Part shown: piece by piece, positions 50,181 through 58,420 of the stretch | Numbering within the stretch: position 1 is the stretch's first letter | Layout of the letters: every line of letters starts with the position of its first letter | Origin: a virus | Length of the DNA: 64,000 nucleotides | IMG/VR virus record: IMGVR_UViG_3300049218_000313 | Coordinates: 51,161-115,160 of that record | Direction: 5' to 3' (one strand) | Notes under the pieces: model-generated | Seen by the model: the letters and a program-made list of their open reading frames with translations, nothing else | Database searches by the model: none | Told to the model about the DNA's origin: nothing | Made by a program: the position numbers and the translations under genes

Positions 50181-53100
50181 CTACTGGTTGCCAGAACCAG
50201 TACTTCCAGTCGTCAGGCCGTAGTTCGAGGGCTCGCCTGCATCCGCCGGCGGGTCCACCTGCGGTCCCTGAATGACCTCGCTCACGGCGTTCGCGCTGTA
50301 TTCCAGGTCCGGGCTCGCCGTCTGCCCTGTCATCTGCGAGGTCTGCGTCTCGGCGCGGTTGACCTTGCGCACAGGCAGGTCGTTGGTGGCGACGGCGCGC
50401 GTGGCAACCTGGAAGGCGCCCGCGTAGCTCGCCGTCTCGTTGGTCATGCCGAAGAAGGTGGCAAAGTCGCCACCCAGCAGCGTGTCGATGGCTGCATCCG
50501 CGCCCTTCTGGGTGTACGTCGCGATGAGGGTGTCGATGGCAGGCACGGGCTCGATGGTGAAGGTCTTGAGGATGCTCTGCAGCGCCTGGGTGGGGTCGTT
50601 CAGCTGCGCCTGGGCCTGCGCCGTGGTCAGGTACTGGTAGATGTCGTTGATGCCCTGCACTGCCGCCCCCACCTGCTCCGCCGTCGGGTTCGAGCCCACG
50701 AGAAGAGGGTTGATGAGCGCGTTGAGGTTCTGGAAGTACAAGGCCTGGTTCTCGGCGAGGTCGAGCCAGGTCTCGAGCGCCGCCTGCACCGTCGTGAAGT
50801 TGTTCAGGATGCCGTAGCGCAGACGAGCGAAGGGCACGGGCTGCGGCGTGAACTGCCAGCTGGCGTTATTCGGCGGGTAGGTCCCAGCCACGGGATCGGC
50901 ATCCACCTGGATGACGTTGAGGCTCGTGATGACCTGCACGATCTCGTAGCTGAAGCTCGGCGTCGTGAAGTCCGTGGGGTAGTACTCGAGCAGGTCGCCC
51001 GCCTGTAGCCCGGCCGGAATGGAGGGCAGCAGAAACCACTGCGAGGTACCCAGCTGCGTCTTGGGGGAGCTCGAGAAGAAGGTCGGGGCAGCGTTGCCCC
51101 CGATGACCAGCTTGCTGCTAGTGGTCGTGCTCTTGGACGAGAGCGTGAGGTACATCCCGCCGATGCTGGCGGCCATCGTGATGGGATTGGTGGTCGGACT
51201 GACTGGCGAGCGCACCATGGGCAGCGCCTGCTGAATGAGCACGTCGATGGCCGTCGCACCCTTGCCCGTCACGGTGTAGGTGCCGTTGTTCGGCCCACCC
51301 GTGATGGTCACGATCTGGTACTTCGCCGCGTTGACGGTGGGCCCGAACTCGGCGGTGATGAGGGTGCCGTTGGCCAGCGCCCCCGTAGTGGTGCACCCAA
51401 TGGTGTCCCCCACCGCCACCGCATGGTCCGTCAGGGCCTGGCCGTTGATGGTGCTGATGATGTAGCCCAGCACCCCGTTGGGCCCCGAGCGCAGAGCCAG
51501 CGTGTCCCCCACCGAGATGCTGCCCGCCGTGGTGACGCTCGTGATGGTGAAGGTGAGCTCCATGCCCACGTAGCTGGTGCTGCCGACGACCGCAGCCTCC
51601 ATGAAGACCACGAGGTTCGGGTTGGTCACGTCCCCGTGCGCAGTAGCGATGGGACCGATGGGCGTTGTAACAACCGTGCCAGCCGTTACGAGGCCGGTCT
51701 TGCTGTTGATGTCGGCCGCCACGAGGTCGGGCGTCGTCTTGCTGCACGAGCTCGTAGCCCCCGCAGTCATGCCCAGCGTGGTCAGGCAGGCTGCGCTCAC
51801 GGCATCGGGGCCCACCACGCTCAGCGTGGTCTCGGCAGGCACCTGCGTGGAGGCGTTGGTGCAGAGGAGCTTCACGCGCCTGCTCGCCGGCCCGATCTCC
51901 ACAACCGCCCCCGTCTGCGCGAACGTGGTGCCTGCGACCGTGATGGAGCTCGCCGTGACCGCGGTGATGTAGAAGATGCCGTTGGAGGCCGGTCCGCCCA
52001 CCGAGTTCACCCCGCTCATGACCTGCGCAGTGTCGGTGGTGAGCACGCCAAGGGCCAGCAGGTCGCTCGCCCCGGGTACCGTGAGCGTCCAGGTCTGGTT
52101 CACGCCCGCGGGGATGGCCATCGAGCTGTTGAAGCGCAGAGGGGAGTAGTACGCCTCCCCCTCCACGCCCGCGGGCGCAACCGCGGTGATGGCAGCAGCC
52201 ACGGCATCCGCCGTTGTAGTGCCGCCTGCGCTGCCCGGGGTCGACTGGTGCAGGGTGAAGCCCAGAAGCGTGTTGGCCGTGCCATTGCCCACCAGAAGCG
52301 CAGCGCTCGTGCCCACTGCAGTCGTCGTAGCCACCAGATGCACGCCCACCTGGGAGAACACTACGGGGTTGGGCGCCACGTTGAAGACGCCGTTGAGGGC
52401 CGCGATGAGCGCGGCGGCGTTGGCCAGAGCCGAGAGAGTGGCGCTGCCTACGGTCACCCCATTGGCCGTGAGCACGAAGGTCGTCCCGTTGAGGGTGCCA
52501 CCACCGCCGTACAACCCCGCGGCTGTGATGTCGGTGGTGCCCGTGAGCACCGCAGCGGTGGCACCCGTAGTGATGGGCAGCGTGGCCGTGTACAGCGTGC
52601 CGTTGACCATGAACTTGAAGAGGTTGTTGTTCGGGATGGCCGCGCCACCGCCCAGAACAGGCGCCGTACCGTTGCCGAAGACGAAGCTCGAGTCACTGGC
52701 CTGCCCGTCAATCTCGGCGAGCGACGAGGCGTTGAGGATGATGTCCACGCCCGCCGCGCCATCCACGGCCAGGTTGAGGTCATCGCTCACGCCCGTGACG
52801 ATGGAGTAGGAGCCGCCGAAGTCCGCGGTCACCGTGGCGGGCGTGGCTGCATGATTCACGTCCGAGTACGCAGAACCAAGCCCGATGAGCGCGTAGAAGT
52901 CCGTCGGGCCCGAGAACACCCCGTAGGTGTCGATGACCGCCTGGGTGGCCAGAAGGTTGAGCACCACCGAGCGAACAGAAACCAGCCTCTCGGTGGGCGT
53001 CATCGCGGCCAGCGTAGTGGCGTCGTTACCCACGAGCTCACCCGCAGCGGACAGCACGCTCGAGATGACCACGCTCGGCAGGTTCACGCTGTTGTAGTTC

Positions 53101-53690
53101 ACGATGCCGTTGACCAGCGCGAGCACCGAAGCCACGAGCGCGGTGTGCGCAGTCTGCAGCTGGGTCATCAGCCCAGGGATGGCGGCCACGGCCTGCTGCG
53201 GGGTCTGCACGATGTTGCCGCCCTGCTTCACCGCCTGGCCTGGCCCGTTCAAGAACGTGGTGAGGTTGCTCTTGTACTGCTGGTACGCCGGCGCGGTGGT
53301 CACGTTGGTGAATACACCGGCGCGAGCAGTAGCCGCGGTGCCCAGGTTCTGTAGCGCGCTCTGGATGTTGAAGAGCGGGCTCACATCCGCCACGGGCTGT
53401 ACCGAGCGGCTCATCACGCCCACCGCAGCAAGTAGCTGCTGGAAGATGGCATCCTCCGCAGTGATCTGGTCCTGCACACGACTCATGCCGAGCTGCAGAA
53501 CGTAGAAAGGGGAGCTTGGGTACAAGATGAAGATTCCAGCCGCTGCCTGCTGGATGTCGTCGAACGTTACATCTGTGCGACGAACACCGAGGGTGTCATA
53601 AGGAAAGGAAATGGTGCTCTGCACCAGCTGGGTCACGACCGCATTGATCTCGTCGGTCGTGTAGTTCGAGTTGGGCACGGGCTGCGTCAT
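50181..53690 (-). CDS. Large virion structural protein (1169 aa)
   Basis: Thr/Ala/Gly-rich beta middle between helical ends; shares a module with the baseplate proteins; preceded by a terminator. Confidence 0.65.
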   Translation of the reverse strand: MTQPVPNSNYTTDEINAVVTQLVQSTISFPYDTLGVRRTDVTFDDIQQAAAGIFILYPSSPFYVLQLGMSRVQDQITAEDAIFQQLLAAVGVMSRSVQPVADVSPLFNIQSALQNLGTAATARAGVFTNVTTAPAYQQYKSNLTTFLNGPGQAVKQGGNIVQTPQQAVAAIPGLMTQLQTAHTALVASVLALVNGIVNYNSVNLPSVVISSVLSAAGELVGNDATTLAAMTPTERLVSVRSVVLNLLATQAVIDTYGVFSGPTDFYALIGLGSAYSDVNHAATPATVTADFGGSYSIVTGVSDDLNLAVDGAAGVDIILNASSLAEIDGQASDSSFVFGNGTAPVLGGGAAIPNNNLFKFMVNGTLYTATLPITTGATAAVLTGTTDITAAGLYGGGGTLNGTTFVLTANGVTVGSATLSALANAAALIAALNGVFNVAPNPVVFSQVGVHLVATTTAVGTSAALLVGNGTANTLLGFTLHQSTPGSAGGTTTADAVAAAITAVAPAGVEGEAYYSPLRFNSSMAIPAGVNQTWTLTVPGASDLLALGVLTTDTAQVMSGVNSVGGPASNGIFYITAVTASSITVAGTTFAQTGAVVEIGPASRRVKLLCTNASTQVPAETTLSVVGPDAVSAACLTTLGMTAGATSSCSKTTPDLVAADINSKTGLVTAGTVVTTPIGPIATAHGDVTNPNLVVFMEAAVVGSTSYVGMELTFTITSVTTAGSISVGDTLALRSGPNGVLGYIISTINGQALTDHAVAVGDTIGCTTTGALANGTLITAEFGPTVNAAKYQIVTITGGPNNGTYTVTGKGATAIDVLIQQALPMVRSPVSPTTNPITMAASIGGMYLTLSSKSTTTSSKLVIGGNAAPTFFSSSPKTQLGTSQWFLLPSIPAGLQAGDLLEYYPTDFTTPSFSYEIVQVITSLNVIQVDADPVAGTYPPNNASWQFTPQPVPFARLRYGILNNFTTVQAALETWLDLAENQALYFQNLNALINPLLVGSNPTAEQVGAAVQGINDIYQYLTTAQAQAQLNDPTQALQSILKTFTIEPVPAIDTLIATYTQKGADAAIDTLLGGDFATFFGMTNETASYAGAFQVATRAVATNDLPVRKVNRAETQTSQMTGQTASPDLEYSANAVSEVIQGPQVDPPADAGEPSNYGLTTGSTGSGNQ

Positions 53691-53718
53691 GCGCCCTCGA
53701 GTCTACTACCCCGGGAGC

Positions 53719-53752
53719 TAAAGAACAGAGCGCAGGCCGAAGCCCACGCCCC
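53719..53752 (-). terminator. Intrinsic terminator
   Basis: GGGCGTGGGC-TTCG-GCCTGCGCTC followed by TGTTCTTTAGC. Confidence 0.7.
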
Positions 53753-53870
53753 ATTCTCGTTCAGGACCGACCCCTGGGCCGGTGCGGGATGATGGCGAGC
53801 ATGCACCGCCGACCATCCGGCTTCACGTGGGGCCCTTAGGGGTGATAGGCAGGTTTCGGGTTGTAGACGC

Positions 53871-54149
53871 TCACTTGAGCGCGTCCTCGACCACGTTGTA
53901 GACGTCAGCGAAGGCCATCGGGCCGCCCATGACGAACCGCTGACGGTTCGCTGGGCTCATCATCTCGCGAATGTCCGTCAGAGCGATCTGCCATCCGTGG
54001 GCGCAAGCCGCGCAATACCAGCTCGTGACGCCTGGCAGGTTCTTGTCGAGCGCGAGTGCGTGTGGCCAGACTCCCGGATCGCCCGCGAGGCCATTACACC
54101 GGCGCCCGCACTGCGCACAGGGCTGGTCGTGTCCGTCTGCGTTGCTCAT
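53871..54149 (-). CDS. Small Zn-finger protein
   Basis: CAQCG...WYCAAC. Confidence 0.65.
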   Translation of the reverse strand: MSNADGHDQPCAQCGRRCNGLAGDPGVWPHALALDKNLPGVTSWYCAACAHGWQIALTDIREMMSPANRQRFVMGGPMAFADVYNVVEDALK

Positions 54150-54367
54150 CTCGTCACCTTTCCTTCGCGTCCTTCGCCAACGGGCGCAGCGGAGGTGCGG
54201 CGTTCGCAACAGTACGCCGCGAACGCAGCGTCGTAGGCCTTATGCACCTGCCTTCGACCTCTTCTGCAGCTCGATGGTGATGTCGTCGAGGCTGCCCACG
54301 AGAGTGAAAATAACCAGGGGAGACTTCTTGTGGTGGGCCAGCCAGCGGATCTCGCCGATGATGCCCT

Positions 54368-55012
54368 TCAGGCGCTGGACGACGTAGCCCCCGACCTCAA
54401 AGGAGGCGGCTCCCCGGGTAGGTACAGGAGACCATCGTCGGTCGTCAGTACCTTGCTCGTGCCCGTCAGCCACCACAACTGGCTGGTCACCCTGTTCTTG
54501 TTGCGCTCGTTCAGCTCCTCCCCCATCGCCCTGCACACGTGCTTCTTCAGCTCCACCCGAGTCATAGGACCCAGGTTCTTCAGCACGTTGAGGATGGTCT
54601 GGGTTCGGTTCGGACGTCCGTTCCGGCTCTGATGGGCCGGAGGGGCGGCAAAAGGGCCCGGCGGCCCCACCTCCTCGGGGGGCGCGCTGGAAGTGACCTC
54701 GTTGTTCGCCGTGGCCCTCAACGAGCTCACGGCGGGAGTGGGCGGTCCGCTCTCCTCGAGCTCCTCCACCGGGCCGCCACCGCACTTCTGCGCCGGAGGC
54801 GCATGAGTAGACACTGCCGCCCCTTGCGACAAGAAAGAGTAGGCAGGGGGCACGGGGGTAGCTTGTCGGATCTTGCGCACGACGTCGAGCAGCAGCTGGC
54901 AGGCCTGTTCGGGCTCGAGACGGGAGACCGCGCGCAGCACGTCTGCTTCGGTCTCCAGGTCAAAGACGAGAGAGTCGATGGTCTTCACGAAGAGCAGTCT
55001 ACCTCCTGTCAC
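54368..55012 (-). CDS. Hypothetical protein with C-terminal winged-HTH-like segment
   Basis: TQTILNVLKNLGPMTRVELKKHV...RVTSQLWWL. Confidence 0.6.
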   Translation of the reverse strand: MTGGRLLFVKTIDSLVFDLETEADVLRAVSRLEPEQACQLLLDVVRKIRQATPVPPAYSFLSQGAAVSTHAPPAQKCGGGPVEELEESGPPTPAVSSLRATANNEVTSSAPPEEVGPPGPFAAPPAHQSRNGRPNRTQTILNVLKNLGPMTRVELKKHVCRAMGEELNERNKNRVTSQLWWLTGTSKVLTTDDGLLYLPGEPPPLRSGATSSSA

Positions 55013-55017
55013 ACTTC

Positions 55018-55206
55018 CTAGCTGCGCCTGTGCAGCACCTTGGCCGGGGCGTAGGCCGTGATGAACTCAGTGCCATCCTGTACGTCGGTGGACTGGTCGT
55101 CCTGGAGCATGATGCACTCCTTGGGCCTGCCGTCGGGCCAGCGCCCCACGATCTTCAAGACGATGATGCGGTACTCCTCACCACGAATCGTGCGTGTCTT
55201 GCTCAT
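55018..55206 (-). CDS. Small hypothetical protein
   Basis: GC3-rich 62-aa ORF. Confidence 0.65.
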   Translation of the reverse strand: MSKTRTIRGEEYRIIVLKIVGRWPDGRPKECIMLQDDQSTDVQDGTEFITAYAPAKVLHRRS

Positions 55207-55215
55207 GGAGTAGTC

Positions 55216-55613
55216 CTAGCGGATGTACTGCTGGATGGCAGTCGTGCCGTGCAAGATGGCGCCTTCTGCAAGACCAACCCAGAAGTCAGGGTCGTTCTTG
55301 CTGTTGCGGGTCAACGCGAGCCACTGGACTTGGTACAGGCCTGCGCCTGCGAGCTGGATATGGAAACGCATGCGAGGCAGCTCCTCATCGGTCCACATGT
55401 ATGAGCCGAAGACAACAAGTCCCCTCTTTTCGAGATCGGTCCATTGTTCGCGCGTGACGTGCAGGTGCCGTAACTATGTGCGATAGTTTTGTTGTGCATC
55501 CTGCCCGAGGCGTCGTTGAAGTACCAGATGCCCGTGCCGGGCTCGCAGGTCGCGCAAGCGCGCAGCAGTAGCTCCTCGGGCTCAGTACTCTCGCCCTGGG
55601 GGACTAGAGTCAC
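55216..55613 (-). pseudogene. Apparently frameshifted gene
   Basis: MTLVPQ...CATC...WYFNDASGR frame switches at about 55480 to a start-less LRHLHVTREQWTDLEKRG...IQQYIR frame. Confidence 0.5.
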
Positions 55614-55616
55614 GTC

Positions 55617-55748
55617 TCAGCTCTTGTACTTCTTCGGCCAGAAGAGCCACACGGTCAGGCCAATGAAGACCAGGATGAGCAGCGTAAGAATCTGAGTAGC
55701 GGATAGAGCACTGGTGCTCGCGTCCGTAGGGTCGATGAACGGGTGCAT
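55617..55748 (-). CDS. Single-TM microprotein (43 aa)
   Basis: ILTLLILVFIGLTVWLFWPKKYKS. Confidence 0.55.
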   Translation of the reverse strand: MHPFIDPTDASTSALSATQILTLLILVFIGLTVWLFWPKKYKS

Positions 55749-55754
55749 GTTCTC

Positions 55755-55862
55755 TCAGGGGTTGATGTTACCGCGCTGCAAGCTACGCCTTCTCTCGACC
55801 ACGAGGCCCAGCGTAACCCACAGAACCTTGGCGATCAGAGCAAGAACGAGTGGGGTGTACAT
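55755..55862 (-). CDS. Possible single-TM microprotein (35 aa)
   Basis: MYTPLVLALIAKVLWVTLGLVVERRR. Confidence 0.35.
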   Translation of the reverse strand: MYTPLVLALIAKVLWVTLGLVVERRRSLQRGNINP

Positions 55863-55882
55863 GGCGTCCAGGCCTCTTGCAG

Positions 55883-56086
55883 CTAAAACATCTTCTCGAT
55901 GTACTTGCGCCATGCCGCGGCTCTGCACCGCTGCTCAGCTTCCTCCAGCACGTCACTCAGTCGCTTGTTGGTCATGCTCTGCGCTACGTAGTCGGCCAGG
56001 ATGGCACCACTGAGCTGCACCTGCAGCAAGGCGGCCGCGCCAACCGCACGCTCGAGGGGCCGCCCAGGCGTAGCCGTACCAAACAT
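55883..56086 (-). CDS. Small hypothetical protein
   Basis: Protein-like distal part (MFGTATPG...) of the long antisense ORF 55883-57223. Confidence 0.45.
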   Translation of the reverse strand: MFGTATPGRPLERAVGAAALLQVQLSGAILADYVAQSMTNKRLSDVLEEAEQRCRAAAWRKYIEKMF

Positions 56087-56218
56087 CCGCCAGATTCGCT
56101 GTCGCACGCAACAAGAATCGCGTGATGACCTCCTTCTGCTGTGATACGTACAAGAACAACGCGGCCGCCCACGGTGAGCGGTCTTGAAAGCCCGGCCCTG
56201 CGCCGAGAGGCCCACGAG

Positions 56219-57205
56219 ATGCACCTCGCAGACCACATCCAGCATCACGACCTGCGTTCCGACAACACGCTGCATGTCATCGGCGTGCTCGCCAACCCCG
56301 CCCGGTACCACTCTCGCTACCGCCTGGCACGTGAGTGGATGGAGCACATGAGCATGACCCCGAACGTGCAGCTCCACGTGGTGGAGAGCGCGTTCGGCGA
56401 CCGCTACCACGAGGTGCTCGACGGCTGCGACAGCGTGCTCAAACTGAGGACCTCGTCCGAGATCTGGACGAAGGAGAACATGATCAACCTCGGCGTGCGG
56501 CATCTGCTGCCCGTCAACTGGAAGTACGTCGCGTGGGTGGACATGGACATCCACTTCCGCGACTACAACTGGGCGCAAGAGACGATGCAGATCTTGCAGC
56601 ACTGGCCCGTCATCCAGCCCTGGATGCAGTGCGCAGACCTGGGCTTCCGGGGTGACATCCGCGACGTCAACCAGAGCTTCGCGTACCTGCGCCACTACGG
56701 CAAGATCCCCGAGCACCACTCCAAACACCGGATGCACGACGGTTACCCGTACGGCAAGTTCACCTACGGCCACACCGGCTACGCCTGGGCGTGCACGCGC
56801 GCCTTCTTCGAAGCGGTGGGTGGGCTCATGGACTGGTGCATCCTCGGCAGCGCCGACCACCACATGGCCTGGGCCTGCGTGGGCAAGGTGGACGACACCA
56901 TCAACGGCAACATGGGCCCGGCCTTCTTCCGCAAGGCCCACGAGTGGCAGGCCCGCGCGGTGCGCGCTTGCCACAAGCACGTGAGCTTCGCCAACGGTCG
57001 CATCGAGCACAACTTCCACGGGAGCAAGACCAAGCGCGGCTACCAGAGCCGCTGGAAGCTCCTCGTCGACCACAAGTACAACCCCGACGCGGATCTCACG
57101 TACGACGCCCAGGGTATGATTCAACTCGTCGGGAAGCCGGACCTCGAGCAGGCCATCAAGCTCTACAACCGCAGCCGCAGCGAAGACTCCATCGAAGACG
57201 GGTGA
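56219..57205 (+). CDS. GT-A fold glycosyltransferase-like protein
   Basis: WTKENMINLG...YVAWVDMDI.F (DxD)...W....L....VIQPW...GYAWACTRAFFEAVGGL...ILGSADHHMA...H.FHG. Confidence 0.7.
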   Translation: MHLADHIQHHDLRSDNTLHVIGVLANPARYHSRYRLAREWMEHMSMTPNVQLHVVESAFGDRYHEVLDGCDSVLKLRTSSEIWTKENMINLGVRHLLPVNWKYVAWVDMDIHFRDYNWAQETMQILQHWPVIQPWMQCADLGFRGDIRDVNQSFAYLRHYGKIPEHHSKHRMHDGYPYGKFTYGHTGYAWACTRAFFEAVGGLMDWCILGSADHHMAWACVGKVDDTINGNMGPAFFRKAHEWQARAVRACHKHVSFANGRIEHNFHGSKTKRGYQSRWKLLVDHKYNPDADLTYDAQGMIQLVGKPDLEQAIKLYNRSRSEDSIEDG

Positions 57206-57232
57206 CCGCCGGGGCTGGTACACCAGTCGGTC

Positions 57233-57658
57233 ATGGAAAACGACAAGAACGCCCAGCTACTAGAAGAACTGCGCGACGAGCTGCGTATGCAGCGTCAGGC
57301 GCGAGAGCACCACGCGCGTCGTACGGTCCCCTGGTACGAGCGAGCCCCGTACAAGGAGATCATCGCGCACAGTGTCACGGCCTGTGTCGCCGTCACCATC
57401 GCGATGCTTGTCCATCAGTGCACGGGCGCACCCGTGACCATCGAGGCCCAGAGCGCGCCGCCTACTCCGCCTGCGGTCTCGACTACTGCTACGCCCCAGG
57501 CAACGACGTTCGCGTTCGCAGAGCCAGAGGCCACGCCCTCGGCCAGCGTGGTTGCGACCGCACCGCCGCTGTCGACGCACACGGCCAAGTCGAAGAAGCC
57601 CCAGCCGATACCCCCTGCGCCAGCCATGGCCGCCCCCACCACTCAGGACAAGGAGTAG
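57233..57658 (+). CDS. Single-TM protein with Pro/Thr/Ala-rich C-terminal tail
   Basis: IIAHSVTACVAVTIAMLV hydrophobic segment. Confidence 0.65.
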   Translation: MENDKNAQLLEELRDELRMQRQAREHHARRTVPWYERAPYKEIIAHSVTACVAVTIAMLVHQCTGAPVTIEAQSAPPTPPAVSTTATPQATTFAFAEPEATPSASVVATAPPLSTHTAKSKKPQPIPPAPAMAAPTTQDKE

Positions 57659-57661
57659 TTC

Positions 57662-57943
57662 ATGCGTTTCACCTTGCTCACGATCGTTCTTCTGCTGATG
57701 GCCTGCGGGGGCAGCACCTCGCTCGCCCCCATCGACCTGCGCGCGCAGACCAACCAGCAGAAGGCCGCCGAAGCCCAGATCTCACACCTGCAGGGCGTGC
57801 CTGACGGCGGCTGCCTGTCTGCAGGAGACCTGGGGGCCATCGAAAGTCTCGCCGAGGCCATCTACTGCGGGGCCGGCGGTACTATCCAGCGCGCCGGACT
57901 GACCAGCACCGAGGACGCCGGAATCACATGCCCGTCACAGTAA
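57662..57943 (+). CDS. Small lipoprotein with 4 Cys
   Basis: MRFTLLTIVLLLMA-CGG; AAGGAG RBS. Confidence 0.75.
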   Translation: MRFTLLTIVLLLMACGGSTSLAPIDLRAQTNQQKAAEAQISHLQGVPDGGCLSAGDLGAIESLAEAIYCGAGGTIQRAGLTSTEDAGITCPSQ

Positions 57944-58203
57944 CGAGCATAGACGACCTGACCACGAAGCTGGCCCTCACCGGGGTCGGGTGGGACAAGC
58001 CCCGGTGGGACCGCTTCGTGAACGACCTCACGCCCCAAGAGCAGGCACTGGAAGCCCAGATGTACGCCGACTCGGCGGTGGGTCCCACCAAGAGCGCCTG
58101 GCAAGAAGCCATGAACATCCTGACAGTAGCTCTGGCCATCGCTGGCGCCGTGTCGGGCATCAGCGGGGCCATCAGCGCCGTGCAGGGCGTCATCAAGGGC
58201 TAG
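57928..58203 (+). CDS. Small protein with C-terminal Gly/Ala hydrophobic helix
   Basis: ILTVALAIAGAVSGISGAISAVQGVIKG. Confidence 0.7.
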   Translation: MPVTVTSIDDLTTKLALTGVGWDKPRWDRFVNDLTPQEQALEAQMYADSAVGPTKSAWQEAMNILTVALAIAGAVSGISGAISAVQGVIKG

Positions 58204-58394
58204 TCGCTCTTCGACGGACGCAGCTCTACTTCTCCCCGGAGGTGCTTGAGCGGATGGCGCTCGAGCACCTCGGGCTGCTTCTTCTGCGGACGTAGTCGGC
58301 CCGGCTGATGATGCTCTCCGACGACGTAGTCCCTGGCGCGCAGCGACTGCTGTAGCTCACGCGCGGTGGCGCGAACAACCTTGATCTTGGGCAT
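58200..58394 (-). CDS. Small basic hypothetical protein
   Basis: AAGGAG RBS before MPKIKV. Confidence 0.55.
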   Translation of the reverse strand: MPKIKVVRATARELQQSLRARDYVVGEHHQPGRLRPQKKQPEVLERHPLKHLRGEVELRPSKSD

Positions 58395-58420
58395 GCTGTT
58401 CTCCTTCTTGCGAGCTGCAG

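Noticed and set aside
53755-53870. Intergenic stretch with GAAAC, CTGAACGA and pseudoknot-like pairings suggesting a hammerhead or HDV-like ribozyme
   Set aside because: Hammerhead stem I and HDV P1.1/J4/2 cannot be formed. The same bases read as a small ORF remnant (VSVYNPKPAYHP*GPHVKPDGRRCMLAIIPHRPRGRS*). An Infernal/Rfam scan would settle it.
55883-57223. 446-aa - strand ORF
   Set aside because: Antisense shadow of the glycosyltransferase; only its last 67 codons look like a real gene
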